From an uncultured Flavobacteriales bacterium (GTDB lineage: Bacteria > Bacteroidota > Bacteroidia > Flavobacteriales_G > Salibacteraceae): 20,891 bases of DNA. The position numbers and the translations under genes are program-made. The notes beneath the pieces were generated by a model, which searched no databases, was not told the origin of the DNA, and worked only from the letters and a program-made list of their open reading frames with translations. Where the stretch lies: assembly GCA_913045895.1 (NCBI GenBank), contig CAJWSQ010000021.1:1-20891 (forward strand), written 5' to 3'. Numbering within the stretch: the first letter of the stretch is position 1; each line of letters opens with the position of its first letter. Below are positions 1 to 7,603 of the stretch, one piece after another.

Positions 1-2520
1 GCGCGATGCTTCTTCATAAGCAGATTTCAGTTTACTCTGGATATCATCTGACTTAACAGAATCGCCCATTTCTAGCAATTGCTTGGATAAATCGCGGACT
101 TTATCCACCATTAAGTCTGAAGCGTAATACGCGTTTATTTCCTGTACCGTTTTTAAGCTATTCAGTCTTTTTTGAATACCTGAAATAATACGCTCTGCAG
201 ATTGTTGCAGTGATAAACTCTTTTTATTTCTCGCTTCACTCAGATAGACTTTCTTTGATTCGAAAGCATTGTAAACCTCTTCTCGCTTCTCATTGATTTT
301 AGACAAGAAATTCTCAAACTCAGCAAAACGTCCTTCCAACTCTTCGAGCTGAACCATGAGCTTATTCAAATACTCATCGCATTTTTCAGGAGAATCACTG
401 ATATCCAAATAATTTGTCATCCCCTGGTTTACCAACTTCAATTGCGCATTGAACTCAGCCTCACCTTCTTTACCCATCAACTCTTTGCGCTTTTTCTTTA
501 ACGCGGCATTGATGCGGTTGAATTTGGAGTAAATACCAGAAATGGAATCGATAATTCGAGTGGTGTGAGTGGCATCTTCTATTTTGAGATTACTCACAAT
601 CTCAATGAGCATTTCCAATTCTTTGGAAACCTTGAGGATATCTTCTTCGAGCTTTTTAGCTTCTACAACTTTAGCCAACTGATCTACCGAAGCACTTAAT
701 TTCTCTACACGAACTTCGTAGGGCTGTAGCGCTTCTTTTTTCAGTAAAAACTTGACAGTTTGTTGCGAAACTTGCTCAGTAATCTCAATCAGTTGCTTTT
801 CGTATCCGTCTATTTTTTCGAGATCGGAATACCTTAAATCTTTGAGTGAAATGATTTCACCCCTAGCAGTTCTTAACCTTCCTAAACGATCAACAAAATC
901 TTGAATACTAGCCGATTCCCCTCGTTTTGCAAGCGATATAATTTCATCACTCTTTGCAAAAACCTCGTTCGATCTTTCCCTAGTATTCTTTTTAATTCGA
1001 ACAACCTTTTCGTATTCTTCAATTGCCGAAGAAGCTGCATTTTTAATCTCAGTTAAAGGCTGTTTAATCTGATACGCTTCTTCATGATTGAGCCAGTGAT
1101 AAGCATCAATAACATCAGTTGCAACCTTTACTAAATCGATATACAAATTGGCATAACTATCTTCTTTGTTAATCAACTTAATGAGCTCTTGGCACTCAGC
1201 CATAGCACGCACAACCTCTTTATTTCCGAGCTTGTATAAGTATGATTGATTCTCAACTTCAATAGTCTTGTTTGGAGAATAGAATGGCGTTTGCCAGATT
1301 TGAAGTACGTGATGCTTTTTTTGTTCCTCTTCACTTTTGAAGAACACCATTTCACCGTCATCAAAAATGGAATAACCATTACATATAATTGGCGTTGCTA
1401 CTTCTTGCTCAATGATGTTGTAAGAAAGTAAATTATACACCCCTGTTGCCGGCTGATAGAAAACATACATGAAATCTTCACCATTGGGAGATGGAATACG
1501 TTTCTCAAACAACATATTTTCTAACTGGATATCAAACAGCTTAACCTCACCAGTTTGAATGTAATATCCTTTCGCAAATATTATCCCTTGATCATCGGGC
1601 AATAAAACACAGCTATCCTCTAAAGCATCTATTCGAACAGCCTGTTGAATCTTTTCATTGTAAACGAAATAGCGGAATTGCTTTTCTTGATATGGCTTGA
1701 TTTTTAAGGCGATTAAATTCCCAATGATGGCAAAATAAATTTCTGCGTCATCAAGTGTTTGATCCGGATCCTCAACCTTTTCGCTGTAAATACCCTTTCC
1801 AGTATCTGTATTATCTTCAACCTTTATGGTTAGGTCGCCTTCAGTGGTTTCAACAAACACACGGTCTTGAATGGAAAAGTGTGGATGTTTTCCATTGCGC
1901 TGCATATCGCGCGTTACCTTTTGCCATTGAAACTCATGCTGATTTGGGAAACGAAACTCATGATCGCTGCGGTTATCCACATAAACCAACTCGCCATCAT
2001 TAATTGCCCACTTGAATGTTTTGATATCCTCGGTGGTTTTACCCACCTGAAAAACCATAAAAATGAACTGACCTATCTCGGCAAATTTGACAAATCGAGT
2101 TTCTCGGTAATACTTATATAGATTAGCAAAATCAGCAACAAAAGCTTCATTCTTCAAGAAAGAAGCCGTTATTTTCTGAAAAGTATTTGACTGATTGTCA
2201 TATGAGTAACAACTTATCACATCAGAAACCAGGGTTTCTGACTTAAGCCCCATATGCACATTATAGCCAAATAAAAATCGATTATTTCCAAGGGAAATAA
2301 TATCTCTAGCTAAGCAGTTATTCTCAGTAGTGATTCGTTCTGTTGAAACCAGTTTTGTTTCAATAGAACCAAAAACTTCTTTACGTGCTTCGTTGAGTTT
2401 ATTTAGTCGATTTCTAAGCTCTCCACCATGCTTTTGCAAACGCTCACGAATTATTTCATACGTGCCGCTTTCAAGAGAGATGTTGCTTGATTGCTCTGAT
2501 TGTTCTTGCTCCATTGACAT
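1..2520 (-). CDS. Large uncharacterised protein, 5' part (840 codons in window). ATG is at 2518-2520 and the 3' end lies beyond window position 1. It has an N-terminal globular region and a C-terminal heptad-rich coiled-coil region, and no P-loop was seen. It is the last gene of the pspA/flotillin cluster.
   Basis: On the reverse strand the frame ending at 2520 is open for the full 2520 nt with no stop, which is very unlikely by chance in AT-rich DNA. The translation begins MSMEQEQSEQSSNISLESGTYEIIRERLQKHGGELRNRL and continues ...VFYQPATGVYNLLSYNIIEQEVATPIICNGYSIFDDGEMVFF.... Its C-terminal half is rich in E, K and L with heptad character. It is absent from the supplied ORF track, presumably because no stop codon falls inside the window. 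No recognisable catalytic motif (no GxxxxGK[ST]). Confidence 0.65.
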   Translation of the reverse strand, partial: MSMEQEQSEQSSNISLESGTYEIIRERLQKHGGELRNRLNKLNEARKEVFGSIETKLVSTERITTENNCLARDIISLGNNRFLFGYNVHMGLKSETLVSDVISCYSYDNQSNTFQKITASFLKNEAFVADFANLYKYYRETRFVKFAEIGQFIFMVFQVGKTTEDIKTFKWAINDGELVYVDNRSDHEFRFPNQHEFQWQKVTRDMQRNGKHPHFSIQDRVFVETTEGDLTIKVEDNTDTGKGIYSEKVEDPDQTLDDAEIYFAIIGNLIALKIKPYQEKQFRYFVYNEKIQQAVRIDALEDSCVLLPDDQGIIFAKGYYIQTGEVKLFDIQLENMLFEKRIPSPNGEDFMYVFYQPATGVYNLLSYNIIEQEVATPIICNGYSIFDDGEMVFFKSEEEQKKHHVLQIWQTPFYSPNKTIEVENQSYLYKLGNKEVVRAMAECQELIKLINKEDSYANLYIDLVKVATDVIDAYHWLNHEEAYQIKQPLTEIKNAASSAIEEYEKVVRIKKNTRERSNEVFAKSDEIISLAKRGESASIQDFVDRLGRLRTARGEIISLKDLRYSDLEKIDGYEKQLIEITEQVSQQTVKFLLKKEALQPYEVRVEKLSASVDQLAKVVEAKKLEEDILKVSKELEMLIEIVSNLKIEDATHTTRIIDSISGIYSKFNRINAALKKKRKELMGKEGEAEFNAQLKLVNQGMTNYLDISDSPEKCDEYLNKLMVQLEELEGRFAEFENFLSKINEKREEVYNAFESKKVYLSEARNKKSLSLQQSAERIISGIQKRLNSLKTVQEINAYYASDLMVDKVRDLSKQLLEMGDSVKSDDIQSKLKSAYEEASR

Positions 2521-2619
2521 GTTAGATGGAATAAAATAATTGGACTCAAGTGAAGATCTGAGTCTGAAATAAGTGAGAAAGACTTTTTCAAGCCTTCCTC
2601 ACACAATGGAATTTATCAA

Positions 2620-4800
2620 TTATTCAGTGATTCCTAGATCACTTGGTTTTGCTCCTCCTAAACCAGCATTATTAGCTAGATATAGAATTTGTTGCAATAC
2701 ACTTTGTTTAGATGGGTCGTTGGTTTGAGTCATCATTTTCGACACCAAAGCCGCGATTGATAGATTCTTTAAATCTTCAGAATCAATCTTAGATTCAGCA
2801 AAAATTGAACGTAATTGATCTACCAACGTAGCTCCGTTCGGATCATCCAAAAGTTGGGTTTTAACCTTGGTAAAGATTTCGCTGTTATTTACAGTTCTAT
2901 CAAGAGTTTTACCAGTAGTAATTGCCCCAACAATTTTATCGAAGAATACAGATTCACCACCAACGATATCAATCTTAGCCGATTCAAGCGCACTTGATAA
3001 CACTTCTGCTTGAGCATCAGCAATTGATTTTTGGATGTTGATTTGAGCCAATTCAACTTCTTTCTCTTTCTCCAATCTAAGTTTAAATTCTTCGTGTTCT
3101 TTACCAACACCGTCCAGTTTCTTCATCGCTTCAGCTTTACGGTCGATACCTTCTGCCTCTGCATTGAATAACTCTCTGTTTACGTTAGCCTCTGCCAATC
3201 CTTTTTCTTTATCAGCTTCTGCTTTTCTCAGAATCACCTCAGCCTCTGCTAAACCTTTCGATTTTTCAACCTCTGCTCTAGCATTACCAATTCTCAATTC
3301 AGCTTCTGCTTCAGCATGAGATTTAGCCTCAATACCTTTAGCTTCTGCTAATGCCTGATCTTCAAGAACTGAAGCTTCAGCTTCCCCTTCTTTCTCTCTC
3401 GCTTCGGCTTTAGCCTGCATTACTTTAGCCTCAGCTAAACCAGATGCCGCAAATTTAGAAGCCTCGGCATCAGCCAATACTTTAATTGCTTCTGCACGTT
3501 GAATAGACGATTGCTGTTCAGCATCAGCATCAATAATTTTTTGTTTAGCCACAAATTCAGCAGCTTGTTTAGCAGCTTCTGCTTTTTTGATTTCTTGAAC
3601 CAATGCAGACTCTGCTTCTTGTTCAGCTTTAGTGAGAGCCACCTTCTTAGTACGATCGGCTTCAGCGTATGCTCGAGTATCTTTGATTCTTTCTTCTTCG
3701 TCAACTACAGTCTTTTCGATAGCAACACGTTCACGAATAACTTCTTGAATATTTTTCTTCTCAGTTTCAACAGATTTTTCTTTTTCAATCTGAGCCAGTG
3801 TAACTATTTTCTCACGCTCTGTAGCTTCAAGCGCTCTATCTTTTTCTACTCTTTCAGTTTCAATTGCTTCTGTACGCTCTTTATTTTTAGCAGCAACAAT
3901 AACCTGACGGAGCTTGTTCTCTTCAGCCACCATCACTTCTTCTTCAGTAGTAATGCGGGCTCTCTCAGATTTTAATCTTTCTTCTTGTTGCACTCGAAGA
4001 ATCTCTGCTCCTTCTCGAGCTTTTACGCTTTCAACCTCACGTCTTTGCTTTTCTTCACTTTCAGCCAATTGGCGCTCTAACTGCAAGATTGCTTCACGAG
4101 CCTCAACATCTTGTTGCTTGATTGTTTTTTCTTTATCACGCTGAATAAAGTTGGCTTTAACAGCCTCATTAGATGTGATTTCAGTAATTTTCTTGATACC
4201 TTCAGCATCTAAAATATTATTTGGATCAAGCGCACTTAAACGTGTTTGCTCTAAGAAATCGATTGCTGCATCATCCAACACATAACCGTTTAAGTCTGTA
4301 CCAATGATGTTGATGATTTCTTTTCTGAACTCATCCCTTTGATTGTATAAATCTACAAAGTCGAATTTCTTACCTACAGTTTTTAATGCTTCAGAAAACT
4401 TAGCATCAAACAACAATCTTAAAGACTCTTTGTCTGAAGCACGGCTACAACCTACCGATTGAGCCACTTTCTTAACATCTTCAACCATTTCATTTACACG
4501 AACAAAGAAGGCCACTTTAATATCAGCACGCATGTTGTCTTTACACACCAGGCCATCTTTACCTTCTCGTTCAATAGTTATGGTACTTAACGAGATATCC
4601 ATGATCTCTAAGCGGTGCAGTACCGGCACCACAATCATACCATTGAATGATACTTTAATACCACCAACTCCAGTACGAACCAAAGCTTGACCTTGAGACG
4701 CTTTGTGGTAAAAGCGGGCAACCATTGCCAGGATCCCAAGTACTAATACAACCCCAACAATAATGCTGGTGATCAGTGAATTTTGAAATAACGATTCCAT
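2620..4800 (-). CDS. Flotillin-like SPFH/band-7 family membrane protein (726 aa). It has an N-terminal transmembrane anchor, an SPFH domain and a ~400-aa Ala/Glu/Lys-rich coiled coil (EA-repeat region).
   Basis: The N-terminus (MESLFQNSLITSIIVGVVLVLGILAMVARFY) is a hydrophobic helix. It is followed by an SPFH-like core (GGIKVSFNGMIVVPVLHRLEIMDISL...DNMRADIKVAFFVRV...). A long AEAK/AEAE-rich coiled coil follows, as is typical of bacterial flotillins (YqiK/FloT-like). It lies next to an NfeD-like gene. Confidence 0.8.
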   Translation of the reverse strand: MESLFQNSLITSIIVGVVLVLGILAMVARFYHKASQGQALVRTGVGGIKVSFNGMIVVPVLHRLEIMDISLSTITIEREGKDGLVCKDNMRADIKVAFFVRVNEMVEDVKKVAQSVGCSRASDKESLRLLFDAKFSEALKTVGKKFDFVDLYNQRDEFRKEIINIIGTDLNGYVLDDAAIDFLEQTRLSALDPNNILDAEGIKKITEITSNEAVKANFIQRDKEKTIKQQDVEAREAILQLERQLAESEEKQRREVESVKAREGAEILRVQQEERLKSERARITTEEEVMVAEENKLRQVIVAAKNKERTEAIETERVEKDRALEATEREKIVTLAQIEKEKSVETEKKNIQEVIRERVAIEKTVVDEEERIKDTRAYAEADRTKKVALTKAEQEAESALVQEIKKAEAAKQAAEFVAKQKIIDADAEQQSSIQRAEAIKVLADAEASKFAASGLAEAKVMQAKAEAREKEGEAEASVLEDQALAEAKGIEAKSHAEAEAELRIGNARAEVEKSKGLAEAEVILRKAEADKEKGLAEANVNRELFNAEAEGIDRKAEAMKKLDGVGKEHEEFKLRLEKEKEVELAQINIQKSIADAQAEVLSSALESAKIDIVGGESVFFDKIVGAITTGKTLDRTVNNSEIFTKVKTQLLDDPNGATLVDQLRSIFAESKIDSEDLKNLSIAALVSKMMTQTNDPSKQSVLQQILYLANNAGLGGAKPSDLGITE

Positions 4801-4825
4801 TTTAGTTAGTTAATTGAGTATTTGA

Positions 4826-5488
4826 TTAATCAATCTGATTGTAGGGCTCTATCAAGTAAACTCCCTCTTCTTCAGAAAGCATTTGAATGAATAACACACG
4901 ATCTCCTTTAGACACTTTAACCCCTTCTCTCGTTTTAATATAAAACCTCAAAAAGGTTCCCATGTAATTAACCTCAGCCTGTCCCTTGCTAACATCATCA
5001 GCATGAAGAGTAACAACTCCCACTTTACCAATGATCTCTTTCTTTTTGCTGTCTTTATCAATATTCCCGAAGAACTTAACAAAAGGCCAAGTGAGAATTT
5101 TAGCTATAAACAAGCAAACAAAAAGTGTGGGTAAAAAAACAGCCAACCCGAGGAAGAAATTATGAATCCCTAAAACCCCATTGATATTGATTGTTATTAA
5201 CCAGAGCGGTATAACGAGAAAGCTCAACCAAATCATTAGCGGAACTTTTCCTAAGTTAAAGAATAGCAACACGTTGTTGATCCAGCTAACTCCAACAGAA
5301 GATGAGTTCACATCCATTTCTGCATCAGCATCAAGATCAATGTCTGCTTCGTAGTCTAAATCAAAATCTAAGAAATCTGTACCCAAAAAACCGAGTATCA
5401 CGATTACCCAATAAAATATGATAAAAACCAGCAAAGCTGTTGGAATTGCATTTGCCCAGTTAAATATGAAGTGTAGGAATTCAGTCAT
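4826..5488 (-). CDS. NfeD-like (YqiJ/YuaF-type) membrane protein. It has multiple transmembrane helices plus a C-terminal OB-fold beta domain and is the partner of the flotillin.
   Basis: The N-terminal two-thirds are hydrophobic helices with an acidic loop (DFDLDYEADIDLDADAEMD). The C-terminal soluble beta-rich segment is IIGKVGVVTLHADDVSKGQAEVNYMGTFLRFYIKTREGVKVSKGDRVLFIQM. It sits immediately upstream (25-bp gap) of the flotillin gene, which is the conserved NfeD-SPFH gene pair. Confidence 0.6.
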   Translation of the reverse strand: MTEFLHFIFNWANAIPTALLVFIIFYWVIVILGFLGTDFLDFDLDYEADIDLDADAEMDVNSSSVGVSWINNVLLFFNLGKVPLMIWLSFLVIPLWLITININGVLGIHNFFLGLAVFLPTLFVCLFIAKILTWPFVKFFGNIDKDSKKKEIIGKVGVVTLHADDVSKGQAEVNYMGTFLRFYIKTREGVKVSKGDRVLFIQMLSEEEGVYLIEPYNQID

Positions 5489-5496
5489 TGTTTTTA

Positions 5497-6228
5497 TTAT
5501 TCCGCATTACCTCCTTCAGGAGTAATACCTAATTTTTTCTTTAGTTCAGCTAATTCATCACCAGCTTTACTCGCACTTGCTCCTTCAAGAGCTTTGTTGA
5601 TTTCATCATCAACAGATCTACTTTCATTAGCAATCTCTCCGTAACTCTCAGCCAAAGCCTCTTCTTGAGCTACTTTTTCTTTCATGCGCTCCAACATTGA
5701 AACAGTACTTGATGAATCAATTTGAGCCATTTGTTTATTGATATTCTTTGTAGCCGAACTCACTTTTACGCGAGCTTTAAGCGTACGAAGCTCATTTTCA
5801 TATTGGCTAATTTGAGATCTCAATCGTTTGATATTTCCATCCATATTTTCAATAGACTCATCAAACTTCACTTTTTCAGATTTAGATCTTTCTAAGTGTT
5901 TCAAGTTTTCCTCTTTCTTAACCAAAGCTTCACTTGCTAAACGATCAGCTTCTTCAGCACTCAACTCACCTTTTTGAGCTTGTTGTAACAAAAGAATTGC
6001 TTTCTGTTCGTAATCTTTTGACTTATCCTCAAACAATTCAATATCATTTCTAGCTCTAATGCTCAGCGCCTTTACTTCGGCTAAAGCATGTAAGGCTTTG
6101 TCTAAATCTTCTTTCAAATCACGGATTCCTTGTTCCGTCATTTTTATAGGATCTTCTAACTTATCGACAGCAGAATTCGCTTCTGCCTTACCTATAGTAA
6201 ATAGTCTTCTTAGAATATTCATAATCAT
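5497..6228 (-). CDS. pspA: PspA/IM30 (phage shock protein A / Vipp1 / LiaH) family protein, 243 aa.
   Basis: The N-terminus (MIMNILRRLFTIGKAEANSAVDKLEDPIKMTEQGIRDLKEDL) matches the canonical PspA start (MGIFSRF...NALLDKAEDPeKM...). It is entirely coiled-coil and about 240 aa. Neighbours are 5-8 bp away, indicating an operon. Confidence 0.85.
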   Translation of the reverse strand: MIMNILRRLFTIGKAEANSAVDKLEDPIKMTEQGIRDLKEDLDKALHALAEVKALSIRARNDIELFEDKSKDYEQKAILLLQQAQKGELSAEEADRLASEALVKKEENLKHLERSKSEKVKFDESIENMDGNIKRLRSQISQYENELRTLKARVKVSSATKNINKQMAQIDSSSTVSMLERMKEKVAQEEALAESYGEIANESRSVDDEINKALEGASASKAGDELAELKKKLGITPEGGNAE

Positions 6229-6233
6229 AGATA

Positions 6234-6629
6234 TTAGTATTTTGAAAATGTGATTAGTTCGTCAGAGTACTCACTCAGTAATAGACTCAATGAATTGATT
6301 GAACCTTCCAATTCATTTTGATCTAAATTTTCTAACTGTAACGTGTCTCTAAATATGACTTTCTTACCCGTTTCATCAAGAGCAAATGCTCCATGTACGA
6401 TGTCACGATTTTTTATCAGGAGGTTTTTAAAAACATCATTGTTTCCTTCTTTCAACTCAAATAGAAATTGCTCCATGATTAGTATTGGCGAGGCACAAAC
6501 CACCACCAGATTTCGTATCCCTACAGACTCATCTTCAACTACAAATACTCCTTCGGATGCATCTTGATGCGAGATATTATACTCTAGGTCTAATAAAAAG
6601 GATTTTACCTTTTCAAAATGATCACTCAT
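6234..6629 (-). CDS. YbjN-like small cytoplasmic protein (putative sensory-transduction regulator / T3SS-chaperone-like fold), 131 aa. It is the first gene of the operon.
   Basis: A 131-aa acidic protein with alternating beta and helix pattern (GVFVVEDESVGIRNLVVVCASPILIMEQFLFELKE...). It lies directly upstream of pspA with a 5-bp gap. YbjN-family genes commonly partner PspA. The assignment is by composition and context only. Confidence 0.35.
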   Translation of the reverse strand: MSDHFEKVKSFLLDLEYNISHQDASEGVFVVEDESVGIRNLVVVCASPILIMEQFLFELKEGNNDVFKNLLIKNRDIVHGAFALDETGKKVIFRDTLQLENLDQNELEGSINSLSLLLSEYSDELITFSKY

Positions 6630-6679
6630 TATGCTTTAAGTTTATGGTTAATAATTACGTAGATTGTGGACTAAGTAAC

Positions 6680-6692
6680 AGCTTACAATATA
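6680..6692. promoter_or_regulatory. First copy of the 13-bp direct repeat AGCTTACAATATA (the second copy is at 6767-6779). It lies in the divergent intergenic region between the ybjN-pspA operon and the XRE-S24 gene and is a candidate operator.
   Basis: Exact 13/13 identity between 6680-6692 and 6767-6779, with the two copies' start positions 87 bp apart (74 bp between them). Confidence 0.4.
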
Positions 6693-6762
6693 GCACTTTT
6701 AGTTAGTGAGGGGAGAACACATTTTCCTTTCTTCTTTTTGCATGTTTGACAATTTAATTAGC

Positions 6763-6797
6763 TTTGAGCTTACAATATACTAAATATTTTAGTTTTG
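6763..6797 (+). promoter_or_regulatory. Candidate Bacteroidetes sigma-A promoter for the XRE-S24 gene. TTTG (-33) is at 6763-6766 and TAGTTTTG (-7, matching TAnnTTTG) at 6790-6797. The 13-bp element AGCTTACAATATA (6767-6779) lies exactly between them, where an operator would sit.
   Basis: There is an exact TAnnTTTG match 30 bp upstream of the ATG at 6828. A TTTG lies 23 nt upstream of it. The repeat element occupies the spacer. Confidence 0.45.
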
Positions 6798-6827
6798 CTA
6801 ATATTATTAGTAATTATTTTTTGAGAA

Positions 6828-7601
6828 ATGTCAAAAATCGGAAATAACATACGCAAGATAAGAAGCGTCAAAAACCTTAATCAGAGCGACTTTGCCGACT
6901 TATTCGAACTAAAAAGAGCAAGTATTGGAGCTTATGAAGAAGGTAGAGCTGAACCAAAAATCAACACGGTTATTGAAATAGCTAATTATTTTGGCATAAG
7001 CACAGATGATTTGCTTACAAAAGAGCTTTCCGTTAATGATTTATATCGGTTTGACATATTCAGGGAAGATTTAGCTAACGACACCAAACACAACCTGACT
7101 CCCTCTACTGTACCTGTTGACTTAGTACAGATTCCATATATATCAACCAATATTCGGAAGCAGTATTTAAAAGAAAGAAAACTCTCTGAAGTTAAGGATC
7201 AGATCACACTACCTATGAATAAGGGATTCAATTACATTGCTATTGAAATCACAGACAACTCCATGTTTTATAATGAATCAGGAATAAACACCAATGATAT
7301 ATTAATAGGTATTAAACCTGAAAAGCTATCTCCTTCAAATGTTCAAGTTGGTAAGGTTTACATTTTTGAAACAGATCAAGACATCCTCATTCGAGAGGTA
7401 AATCAGAAGAACTTATCATCTCTTGAACTCACACCTTTCAACCCCAATTACTATGCAACCTCTATTCCAGCGAAAGAAATAAAAGCCATTTGGCAACTAG
7501 AAAAGCTAATATCTAATAATATTAGCAATAGATCGGATTTAACGAAACAATTAGAAAACCTTGAGAGCGAAATCAGATTACTAAAACGTAACCTACAGTA
7601 A
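6828..7601 (+). CDS. XRE-family helix-turn-helix plus C-terminal S24 (LexA/CI-type) peptidase domain repressor, 257 aa, with an extra C-terminal coiled-coil tail.
   Basis: The N-terminal HTH_3 signature is IRKIRSVKNLNQSDFADLFELKRASIGAYEEGRAEPKINTVIEIANYFGISTDDLL. The S24 signature is IEITDNSMFYNESGINTNDILIGI (compare LexA GDSM...GI..GD, with the Ser nucleophile in DNSM), followed by a basic K in IREVNQKN. The heptad-like tail is KQLENLESEIRLLKRNLQ. Confidence 0.75.
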   Translation: MSKIGNNIRKIRSVKNLNQSDFADLFELKRASIGAYEEGRAEPKINTVIEIANYFGISTDDLLTKELSVNDLYRFDIFREDLANDTKHNLTPSTVPVDLVQIPYISTNIRKQYLKERKLSEVKDQITLPMNKGFNYIAIEITDNSMFYNESGINTNDILIGIKPEKLSPSNVQVGKVYIFETDQDILIREVNQKNLSSLELTPFNPNYYATSIPAKEIKAIWQLEKLISNNISNRSDLTKQLENLESEIRLLKRNLQ

Positions 7602-7603
7602 AT

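Noticed and set aside
3499-3975. A 158-aa + strand ORF (and the neighbouring 3914..4144 + and 3435..3704 - ORFs) inside the flotillin gene.
   Set aside because: Low-complexity F/S/L-rich translations. They are the antisense or shifted-frame shadow of the repetitive GCT/GAA-rich coiled-coil coding region. The frame that encodes the flotillin is far longer and protein-like.
6059-6706. Small + strand ORFs (6059..6253, 6343..6567, 6485..6706) overlapping pspA and the ybjN-like gene.
   Set aside because: They are antisense to genes with strong family signatures (the PspA N-terminus), are short and have odd composition. They are most likely non-coding.
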